DNA of 64,000 nucleotides, taken from Candidatus Parvarchaeum sp. (GTDB taxonomy: Archaea; Nanobdellota; Nanobdellia; Parvarchaeales; Parvarchaeaceae). The notes beneath the pieces were generated by a model, which saw nothing but the letters and a program-made list of their open reading frames with translations, had not been told where the DNA came from and did not search any database. How positions within the stretch are numbered: position 1 is the first letter of the stretch; every line of letters begins with the position of its first letter. Below are positions 55,970-64,000 of this stretch, piece after piece. The stretch lies in NCBI GenBank assembly GCA_049965555.1, contig JBMFWF010000002.1, positions 21,857 through 85,856 on the forward strand. The letters run 5' to 3'. A program made the translations under genes and the position numbers.

Positions 55970-57582
55970 AATAAGGTATCATTAACTGAATCCACATTTG
56001 CTTTAGGAACTCTAGAATAATCGGTATTTGTTGTCATCCTACCTGAATTGCCCAAGAAGAGTTTTAAATCCTTCAGTATATGTGGGTACCGGTACTTTAA
56101 CTGGTCATACAAAGCAAATGCAATTTTCTTGTATTCTGGATGTGCTTCATCTGTACTTCTATTCTCTGCAATAAAAATAGCCTCTGCTAGGCTCATAGAC
56201 ATCTTTAAGTTTACTCTTGTTGCGAAAGGTACCAAAAGTTCAAGCTCGGAATTAAACCCTTTTTGATATAACTTATTAGAATAGTTATTTATTTCACCTA
56301 AAACTTCTTTTGAAGCATGCAAAGCTTCATTGTTTTTATACACCACTGCAGGGAGTATATAATCATTTAGGTGTATTACCAAATTTCTATTCGAAAGCCT
56401 ATGCCTCCACAAATCTCTTGCGGTGCCTAAAGAGCAGGTTATATCAACTTGAAGAAATGATGACCTTATAACGCTGTCATTAAGATCATCGAACTTACCT
56501 TTTCTGCTAGAAGATAAATTTTTAAGGTATTCTGTTACTACTTCTTTTTGCTTATCTTTATCATTATGGGGTAGCTGAGAGTATATTGATTTTAACAGCT
56601 GCTTCTCGCTTTGAGAACCGTCGGTTAAATTTACAATTACAGACTCCAATGAAGAGAGGCGCATTTCATTTGAAAGATTTGAATAATCAAAACTAACCCT
56701 CTCATTGTAAACCGCTTTATTAAACTCATCAGGAATCATATGCGTAGACAGAGAAGGAACATTATCCAAAACAGTAGAATAGAAGAGTTTGCCTGCCTGC
56801 TGGTTATAAGTATTTTTACTTGAGAGTAATTTTCTACCTATGTTCTCTGCTGTCCTAGCACTTAAAAGCATGACAAGAGAAGTCCTTGCTCCCAACGGCA
56901 AAAAACTTCTTATGGAATCACGTATAGTTGGAGTTATTATTGTCTTTATTTGCTCATCGTTCGGTGGATTACCGTTCGCTTTTATAAAATCCTGTTTGTA
57001 TAATTCCATTAAACTATCAAATAAAGAATTATATAAGCCAGACAATTCTTTATAGCCTTTTGATAAAAATCCCGCTGCTTCTTTATTTGTGCTTTCCGAA
57101 ATGTGAGTCTCATCAAACTTAACATAACGTGTAGACCTTTCCTGAGACGAAATGAACACTTCATCTTGTATAGTCAATGCAGTTATCTCAGGTACAACCA
57201 TTGACATCATAAAATTAGATTGTTCGCCTATGTTTCTATGCCCGAGTACAGATTGAATATTATAGAGAGTTTTTCTGATGGAGTCGTCAAGCGATGAATA
57301 AACCTTGTTGAAAAAATTGTTAACAGCAGCAGGGTCCGATAAATCAAGCTTTTCATCGAATATTCTAGAATACTTATTTGTAATCGAAGCAGACTTTGAA
57401 ACTAGCTTTTCAAGTAGGCTTTCTCCACTCTTTGTGCTCAATCGACTTGATAGTGAAAGATCCTCCAGGGCCAGCATCTCTGTTGTTGGGAAAGCCCTAT
57501 AAAAAAGTGCGCCCATCCCATCTAAATAATAAAAACGTATGAAACCATTATCGTTTCTTTTGATTTCTTGCATAAAAATCAA
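55966..57582 (-). CDS. ThyX-like (flavin-dependent thymidylate synthase-like) double-length protein, tentative
   Basis: C-terminal half resembles ThyX (RDLWRHRLS..., NLKMSMSLAEAIFIAENRSTDEAHPEYKKIAFALYDQL). N-terminal half has weaker ThyX-like similarity (SLVMLLSARTAENIGRKL). 538 aa, against ~250 for canonical ThyX. Confidence 0.4.
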   Translation of the reverse strand: MIFMQEIKRNDNGFIRFYYLDGMGALFYRAFPTTEMLALEDLSLSSRLSTKSGESLLEKLVSKSASITNKYSRIFDEKLDLSDPAAVNNFFNKVYSSLDDSIRKTLYNIQSVLGHRNIGEQSNFMMSMVVPEITALTIQDEVFISSQERSTRYVKFDETHISESTNKEAAGFLSKGYKELSGLYNSLFDSLMELYKQDFIKANGNPPNDEQIKTIITPTIRDSIRSFLPLGARTSLVMLLSARTAENIGRKLLSSKNTYNQQAGKLFYSTVLDNVPSLSTHMIPDEFNKAVYNERVSFDYSNLSNEMRLSSLESVIVNLTDGSQSEKQLLKSIYSQLPHNDKDKQKEVVTEYLKNLSSSRKGKFDDLNDSVIRSSFLQVDITCSLGTARDLWRHRLSNRNLVIHLNDYILPAVVYKNNEALHASKEVLGEINNYSNKLYQKGFNSELELLVPFATRVNLKMSMSLAEAIFIAENRSTDEAHPEYKKIAFALYDQLKYRYPHILKDLKLFLGNSGRMTTNTDYSRVPKANVDSVNDTLF

Positions 57583-57623
57583 ATAAAGAATGATTTACAG
57601 TACTTAAATACTTATAAAATAAA

Positions 57624-57726
57624 TGCAGGGGAAGGGATTTGAACCCTTGAACTCACAAAGAGAGCAGATAGCTCAAACGCGCACTTCTTGAGTCTGCCGC
57701 GTTTGGCCAGGCTTCGCTACCCCTGC
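57624..57726 (-). tRNA. tRNA-Leu (anticodon CAA) with ~17-nt anticodon-loop intron
   Basis: Acceptor GCAGGGG/CCCCTGC, D arm GCG..CGC, anticodon stem GCAGA/TCTGC interrupted after loop CTCAAG by an insert (plus-strand nt ~57670-57686), long variable arm, T arm AAGGG-TTCAAAT-CCCTT. Confidence 0.75.
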
Positions 57727-58085
57727 AAAACCATCCGAAACCTAATATATCCCGGTATTCAAAATATTAATAACAATTAAGCTTAAATAAGTTTATTTAG
57801 ATTTCAGCTATTCATTGACTTTTGTTTTCAACATTGGATTTGTTTAGGTCATTAAATATATTTTCAAAAGATTCATGTATACTTTTTAAATCAGAAGAAA
57901 GATTAGAAATTAAATTCTCATATTTGTCAGCATCCATTTTGAACTTATTGAAAGAATCAGAAGCACGATCGATTAACTTTTTAAGTTCTTCATACTGTAG
58001 TTTAGCAGAGTATGAAACGCCAACAAACACATCCTCTTCATTTACCATTATAATAATAACAGAATAAAGAATTTAAGCGTTTAAA

Positions 58086-58783
<698 letters not shown>

Positions 58784-58817
58784 AAAAATTAAAGAATATA
58801 TAACAATATAAATAAAT

Positions 58818-59327
58818 ATGATAAAATATTACATTTCAAAAAACCCTGCTATTTTATTCGTCGGAATAAATCCGCATTTTGGCTCTTATCATAGAGGTGT
58901 GCCTTTCTCAAACAACAAAATGTTCTGGTATCTGCTTTCGGAAGCAGGGATAATAAAAGAAACTAGAGAATTTCTAAGAGATGATGCTAAACTGAAAAAT
59001 CTTTACACCACGATTTCAAAAAAATACAAGATCAATTTTATAAATATAATAGACAAACCAACAAAAAATGTATCACAGTTGAAAAAAGGGGAAGAAAATA
59101 AAGGAGTAAAAAGACTTGCTAAAATAATAGAAAATAAAAAGCCAAAGGTGGTGTGCTTTATTGGAAAGGTTACATTCAGCAATTTCAAAGGAAACAATAA
59201 AATCAGATTTGGATTGCAAGGGAAAATATTCGATTCAATAGTATATGTTATGCATTTCCCGATACGTGGCTATGCAAGCGTAAGAGTAAAAGAGCTGAAG
59301 ACAGTTAAAAAACTAGCTGGACTTTGA
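58818..59327 (+). CDS. Mug/TDG-family uracil/mismatch DNA glycosylase
   Basis: ILFVGINPHFGSYHRGVPFSNNKMFW resembles the Mug GINPG...F..NRFW active-site region. Confidence 0.65.
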   Translation: MIKYYISKNPAILFVGINPHFGSYHRGVPFSNNKMFWYLLSEAGIIKETREFLRDDAKLKNLYTTISKKYKINFINIIDKPTKNVSQLKKGEENKGVKRLAKIIENKKPKVVCFIGKVTFSNFKGNNKIRFGLQGKIFDSIVYVMHFPIRGYASVRVKELKTVKKLAGL

Positions 59328-59615
59328 TTTTAGCAAATCCTTCTTGTATCTAGACCAGAAAAATATTATCAAATAAACCGAGGAAAAAACTGCTATAAAA
59401 TCTATAAATATTAATAAAATCACAGGCCCACTGTAAAATATAACAGATATTATAGAAAAGGCTATGATTATTGTTAGAAGTATAAAAAGCAAAGATATCG
59501 CAGTAAATAAAACATGCAAGTCCTTTAATATGCGATAATTGGCATTTTTATCCTGCAAATATTCTTTAAAGCTTTTCTTTACTGTCTTTCCATTTTTGTA
59601 TTCGTATATTTTCAT
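59313..59615 (-). CDS. small membrane protein, hypothetical
   Basis: ORF with two hydrophobic segments. Confidence 0.3.
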   Translation of the reverse strand: MKIYEYKNGKTVKKSFKEYLQDKNANYRILKDLHVLFTAISLLFILLTIIIAFSIISVIFYSGPVILLIFIDFIAVFSSVYLIIFFWSRYKKDLLKSKSS

Positions 59616-59630
59616 ATAATTGCAGAGGGA

Positions 59631-59742
59631 GGGATTTGAACCCTCGAGGGCGCTAAGCCACAGGATATCTTATTCTTTGTAAACACAAAGACAGATAAGG
59701 ACCTTAAGTCCTGCACGTTGGGCCAAACTTCGCTACCTCTGC
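59631..59742 (-). tRNA. tRNA-Leu (anticodon TAA) with ~36-nt anticodon-loop intron
   Basis: Acceptor GCAGAGG/CCTCTGC, anticodon stem CAGGA/TCCTG interrupted after loop CTTAAG by an insert (plus nt ~59667-59702), long variable arm, T arm GAGGG-TTCAAAT-CCCTC. Confidence 0.7.
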
Positions 59743-59775
59743 TTTCAATAGATAAGCCCGACTGATTATTTATAA

Positions 59776-59892
59776 CTAAGCACTCTTTTCACGCAGAAGC
59801 CTTCTCTTTCGTTTTCTGTCCAACATCTTCTTCTTTCTAGTTTTCCACCTGTCTTTATGGTACTTTTTCCAATTTTTTGAACTTCTTTTCAT
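59776..59892 (-). CDS. possible 38-aa highly basic small protein (below ORF-track cutoff)
   Basis: ATG...TAG ORF encoding MKRSSKNWKKYHKDRWKTRKKKMLDRKRKRRLLREKSA, located directly upstream of dcd. Composition resembles small ribosomal/RNA-binding proteins. Confidence 0.2.
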   Translation of the reverse strand: MKRSSKNWKKYHKDRWKTRKKKMLDRKRKRRLLREKSA

Positions 59893-59916
59893 ATACTAAT
59901 TACATTTTCACCCCAT

Positions 59917-60438
59917 TTATATCTTGGCACCGGTAACACCAGAACTTTGATGATAGTTTCCGGAATATGGCTTTTGTACTTCGCTTAAAGTAGTGCTTAG
60001 CACCAGATGTAGAAATCTAGTGCCTTTTGATATCCTTACAGGCACATTCCCGCCTATCATCATTATTGTAAGATTCCCTTCATAGCCTGCATCTACTATT
60101 GTTGGAGGTATTGCAAGCCCTAACCTGGCAAATGTTGAACGCACATTGCACATGCCTATTAGATTGTTTGGCATTTTTATCTTTTCATCTATCTTTATCA
60201 AAACTCTTTCTTGAGGAAATATGACGAAGTCCTTCTCTATCTTTTCTTTAGTATAAACTTTTTCAAGTGCAGACTTATCATTTATATCAACGGGTTCTTT
60301 ATTATAAATAAAACGCAATAATTCATCTCCTACTCTAAGATCTACTCCATTCTCTCGTATTGTATCATTTGAAAGAGGTTCTATAGAGAACAGTTTCTTA
60401 TCCAGGTACTCTCTTATGTCTTTATCGCTTAATATCAT
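59917..60438 (-). CDS. dcd: dCTP deaminase (dUTPase fold)
   Basis: MILSDKDIREYL...VDLRVGDE N-terminus and trimeric dUTPase-like motifs. Confidence 0.85.
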   Translation of the reverse strand: MILSDKDIREYLDKKLFSIEPLSNDTIRENGVDLRVGDELLRFIYNKEPVDINDKSALEKVYTKEKIEKDFVIFPQERVLIKIDEKIKMPNNLIGMCNVRSTFARLGLAIPPTIVDAGYEGNLTIMMIGGNVPVRISKGTRFLHLVLSTTLSEVQKPYSGNYHQSSGVTGAKI

Positions 60439-60522
60439 GTAATGATTAAATTATTACAGTATAAAAATTTATTGTTTTGTGAAAACAAAATAATATTTAT
60501 CTTAAAAACTTAATAAATTGGT

Positions 60523-61185
60523 ATGATATTTCAAGATGTAGATATAGAATGGCTGCACCATGCATGCTTTAGAGTAAAAGGGAAAAACAAGATAATATAT
60601 ACAGATCCGTATAAAGTCAAAAACAATTACAATGATGCAGATTTGATACTTGTAACGCATGACCATTATGATCACCTTGATATAGAAAGCATAAGGAAGC
60701 TAATAAACGAAAGAACGGCAATAGTTGCACCAAAAGACTGCGAAAGCCTACTAAAAGAATTCAAAAACTACAAAGTTTTTGTTTCCCCTAATGAAGTAAA
60801 GATAGTAAAGGAAATAACGATAAAAACAGTTCCATCATATAATACAAATAAATTTAATGACAAAGGAATTGCATTTCATCCGAAAGAGAAAGGGAATGTA
60901 GGTTATATCTTTATAATAGATAATAATAGAATTTACCTTGCAGGAGATACCGACAACATACCTGAAATGCAGAACTTCAAAGCAGACATTGCGCTTTTGC
61001 CGGTTAGCGGGATATACGTTATGACGCCAAAGGAAGCCGCAGAAGCAGCTTTAAGAATAAATCCAAAAATAGCTATACCTATGCATTACGGTTCGGGCAT
61101 TGGAACCGAAAAAGAAGCACAGGAATTTAAGAGATTACTGTCAAATAAATTAGATGTAGAGATATTAACCTCTATCGATAAGTAA
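60523..61185 (+). CDS. metallo-beta-lactamase-fold metal-dependent hydrolase (UPF0173-like)
   Basis: LVTHDHYDHLD HxHxDH motif. Confidence 0.8.
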   Translation: MIFQDVDIEWLHHACFRVKGKNKIIYTDPYKVKNNYNDADLILVTHDHYDHLDIESIRKLINERTAIVAPKDCESLLKEFKNYKVFVSPNEVKIVKEITIKTVPSYNTNKFNDKGIAFHPKEKGNVGYIFIIDNNRIYLAGDTDNIPEMQNFKADIALLPVSGIYVMTPKEAAEAALRINPKIAIPMHYGSGIGTEKEAQEFKRLLSNKLDVEILTSIDK

Positions 61186-61227
61186 ATTAAAAAGATTTAA
61201 ATATAACATATTTTATAAGATAACAAT

Positions 61228-61608
61228 ATGTCTAAAAGCACAGCACCGACTCTTAAGAAAAAAGGAGGAGGATTTAAAGGGAAGAGGAGAGATAAGAGAA
61301 GGAGCGAGTCAAAGAATATATCAGTTCCTTTACAAGTAGGCGAGAGAAAGATAAAAACCTCCAGAACAGTTGGAGGAAACACAAAAATAATACCACTAAA
61401 AATAGATCAGGGCAATCTTTTTGATCCAAAAAGCAAAAAAACATCAAAAGTAAAAATAGTAAGAGTCTTAGAAAACAAGGCAAACAGGTCTTACGCAAGG
61501 CGTAATATAATCACAAAAGGGGCAATAGTAGAAACTGACCAGGGTGAAGCAATTGTAACAAATAGGCCCGGTCAAGATGGGCAAGTAACCTTAAAAAAGC
61601 TGGATTGA
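61228..61608 (+). CDS. rps8e: 30S ribosomal protein S8e
   Basis: GGGFKGKRRDKRRSE N-terminus and C-terminal ...ITKGAIVETDQGEAIVTNRPGQDG. Confidence 0.85.
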   Translation: MSKSTAPTLKKKGGGFKGKRRDKRRSESKNISVPLQVGERKIKTSRTVGGNTKIIPLKIDQGNLFDPKSKKTSKVKIVRVLENKANRSYARRNIITKGAIVETDQGEAIVTNRPGQDGQVTLKKLD

Positions 61609-61620
61609 TCGTAAGGATCA

Positions 61621-63915
61621 TTGATGGAAATTAACCTAAATAAATTCAGTGATATTATAGATAAACACCATAAAAAGATAATTATTATATGGATAGCCAT
61701 TTTTCTTATCTCCATACCTATAGCAGTTCACCTCTTTAGTGTAGTTTCATATAATGTAACTGGAAATTCCTCTAACAATAATGCAAGCAATGGTCGAAAC
61801 CTGCAATTGATCGTAAGTGTAAGCAATAACTCCTACTCAAACAGCACAAAAGAATTTTTTGAAAATATCTCAAACGACTTTGCTTACAAGAATATAACGT
61901 CTTTGTATTCAATTGAATATGGGCTTTTGAATTCAACATATTATAGTATACAGAAAAATGCGGAACTTGCGCTAGATTCTGTATATATGAAGTATAACCT
62001 TTCTTCTAAAACCGTACCTAAAAGCTTAAACAACACGATAATAGCAAATGTTGCGGAAAATATAAAAAATCAGCTTAACAATTCAGAAATAATTGAAAGA
62101 AATTCAGCATATAACTTTATAGTGGGAATTATAAAGGGATATTACAACTCCTCTCCTTTATACATAATAAATAATTACAATTTTACCAATTACCCTATAG
62201 TACCAAACGCGAATGAAACTGTAACCCTTATAAATTACAACCACACTACAATGCTTTCAACAGTAAACAATTCTAACTATTCTTTTGTAAATTCATATAT
62301 CGGCAAAATCTCAAAAAATTACGGCGTTACGGCATACGTAACTGGTTCCAGCGGGTTAAGCAGCAACATAGAAAGCGAAACTAACTTTGGCACTTTTCTT
62401 GCAATTGCAATTGGGATCCTAATGGTTATAATAGTAACTGGATTGATATTTCGTTCGCCTATAGCTGCATTTGTGCCGCTTATGGTGTATGGAGTAGACC
62501 TTACAATTGCATTTTCAGTGTTTTATATTATATACCACATAATTCTAAAAAGCACTGTTTCATTTTTTGATCCGGCACTTGCAGCAATACTTATGCTTGG
62601 GATCTCAACTGATTACTTAGTATACATGCTATACAGATTCAAACAGGAACTAAGAAAAGACCATAGAAAAAGTGTAAAAATCAGCATTGGAGGAGCAGGT
62701 GCAGCAATACTTGTAAGCGGCACTACTGTAGTATTAGCATACAGTATACTGTCGGGATTTAACCTAGCATTTCTTGGATCCACTGGAATCCTAGATTCAG
62801 TTGGAGTGTTTATAGTTCTTTTGTCAGCACTTACGTTTATGCCTTCTATTTTAATATCTATGGGAAAGAAAGTATTCTACCCAAATTTTAAACCGGGTTT
62901 CTCATTCGAGAATTCATTCACCAGATTAGCGCATTTTAACTACAAAAACAGATATTTTATAATATCAATTTTTATTGTAATAATTGCGATTGCTGCCTAT
63001 TTCTTTGTAGTATACCATCCGGGATTAAATTTTCTAGGGTTACTTCCAAACTCGGAATCAAAAACCGCATTTTACATAGCTACAAACAACTTTAAATTCG
63101 ACCCGATAGACCCTCTTATAATAACAATAAACAATACACCAAACATAAACGAAACGGGAATTTACAACTCAATAAAAGCAATGAAAGGAGTAAGCTACAC
63201 TCAATTAACAAAAGGAAACAATTCCATGAAGATATTAACATACTTAAAACCACTTGGATTCACTACTCCGGCATTAAACGATTACAACAACATAAACAAT
63301 TACCTAGAAAAAAGCAATGTAAACTACAGCATTAATGGGTTACAAGTATTCCTAGGCAGTGCAGTCAAAACTATGAATGGTGATGTTCCATTACTGATAC
63401 TCTCCTTGGGAGCCATGGTTTTCGTAGTATTGTTTATCATCCTTTTCTCGATATATACTCCCTTGCGCTTAGTTTTACTCATAATAGCTAATGTTATAGC
63501 TGCAAATGGAGTTACGCTTTTAATATTCCATTATATATTGTCCCTGCCTTTCATTTCAATTGCCCAGGTATTCCTTATAACGAGCATAATGGGGGTGGGC
63601 GTAGACTACGACATATTTTTAGTCATGAGGATAAGAGAGTATGTAAAAGAAGGCAAAAACAACTTCGAAGCTATAAAAATGGGACTTGTGAAAAGCGGGC
63701 CAATAGTTGCTAGCATAGGTATAATCTTTTCAATAGTGTTTCTGTCTCTTTTATCAAGCGGTGTTCCAATAATAGAAGAGGTCGGATTTATAGTAGCGGT
63801 AGGGATTCTGATTGATTCTGTTTTATCAGTATTATTTATAGTTCCTTCTATAATGTTTTTGCTGCAAAGGTATAATTGGTGGCCGGGCCTTAAGGAATAT
63901 GAACATAATAAATAA
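61621..63915 (+). CDS. MMPL/RND-superfamily membrane exporter with sequon-rich extracytoplasmic loops
   Basis: Two 6-TM bundles separated by large soluble loops, and an SSD-like region. Many NxS/T sequons. Confidence 0.65.
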   Translation: MMEINLNKFSDIIDKHHKKIIIIWIAIFLISIPIAVHLFSVVSYNVTGNSSNNNASNGRNLQLIVSVSNNSYSNSTKEFFENISNDFAYKNITSLYSIEYGLLNSTYYSIQKNAELALDSVYMKYNLSSKTVPKSLNNTIIANVAENIKNQLNNSEIIERNSAYNFIVGIIKGYYNSSPLYIINNYNFTNYPIVPNANETVTLINYNHTTMLSTVNNSNYSFVNSYIGKISKNYGVTAYVTGSSGLSSNIESETNFGTFLAIAIGILMVIIVTGLIFRSPIAAFVPLMVYGVDLTIAFSVFYIIYHIILKSTVSFFDPALAAILMLGISTDYLVYMLYRFKQELRKDHRKSVKISIGGAGAAILVSGTTVVLAYSILSGFNLAFLGSTGILDSVGVFIVLLSALTFMPSILISMGKKVFYPNFKPGFSFENSFTRLAHFNYKNRYFIISIFIVIIAIAAYFFVVYHPGLNFLGLLPNSESKTAFYIATNNFKFDPIDPLIITINNTPNINETGIYNSIKAMKGVSYTQLTKGNNSMKILTYLKPLGFTTPALNDYNNINNYLEKSNVNYSINGLQVFLGSAVKTMNGDVPLLILSLGAMVFVVLFIILFSIYTPLRLVLLIIANVIAANGVTLLIFHYILSLPFISIAQVFLITSIMGVGVDYDIFLVMRIREYVKEGKNNFEAIKMGLVKSGPIVASIGIIFSIVFLSLLSSGVPIIEEVGFIVAVGILIDSVLSVLFIVPSIMFLLQRYNWWPGLKEYEHNK

Positions 63916-63916
63916 G

Positions 63917-64000
63917 ATGATCGAAAAAATAAAGAGAGAAAGAATAATAAAAACAGAGAAAGATGATAAAAAAACCTTAACATTAACAAGAGGCCCTGAA
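63917..64000 (+). CDS. 5' end of an ORF running off the window (unknown product)
   Basis: ATG at 63917 with an open frame to the window end. Confidence 0.15.
   Translation, partial: MIEKIKRERIIKTEKDDKKTLTLTRGPE

Overview
AT-rich archaeal chromosomal segment of 64 kb. The archaeal assignment rests on: RNA polymerase Rpo1 split into A'/A'' and Rpo2 split into B''/B'; GatD/GatE amidotransferase; Alba; aIF2-gamma; Sec61-gamma-type SecE; two FtsZ paralogues; and bulge-helix-bulge-type introns in two tRNA-Leu genes. Gene density is about 90% and the frequent 4-nt ATGA stop/start overlaps indicate many operons. The window contains: (i) a partial P-type ATPase and the ftsZ1-secE cluster; (ii) a translation cluster rps6e-aIF2gamma-PIN with Alba and FKBP; (iii) ftsZ2 and gatDE; (iv) thrS; (v) a conspicuous minus-strand cluster of two class-III-signal (type IV pilin-like) secreted proteins, two degenerate KaiC/RecA-like domains (one fused to a Ras-like small GTPase), a Roadblock/LC7 protein and an LMW phosphatase; (vi) ABCE1; (vii) the canonical rpoH-rpoB''-rpoB'-rpoA'-rpoA''-L30e-nusA-S12-S7 operon; (viii) DNA-repair genes (nth, rnhB, mre11-rad50, mug, dcd) and tyrS; (ix) an MMPL/RND exporter. 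Five tRNA genes are present: Lys-CTT, Val-TAC, Ser-GGA, and two intron-containing Leu. No CRISPR array, integrase or transposase was seen. The most notable observations are the candidate MglA/MglB-like GTPase-Roadblock-pseudoKaiC-pilin module; a Dph2 gene split into two ORFs about 42 kb apart; an EF-Tu/aIF2gamma-like protein with a degenerate G domain; and a TIM-barrel protein with an inserted coiled coil and a G/Y-rich tail next to an NTase-HEPN fusion. All calls are from reading the sequence and six-frame translations; no database search was run.
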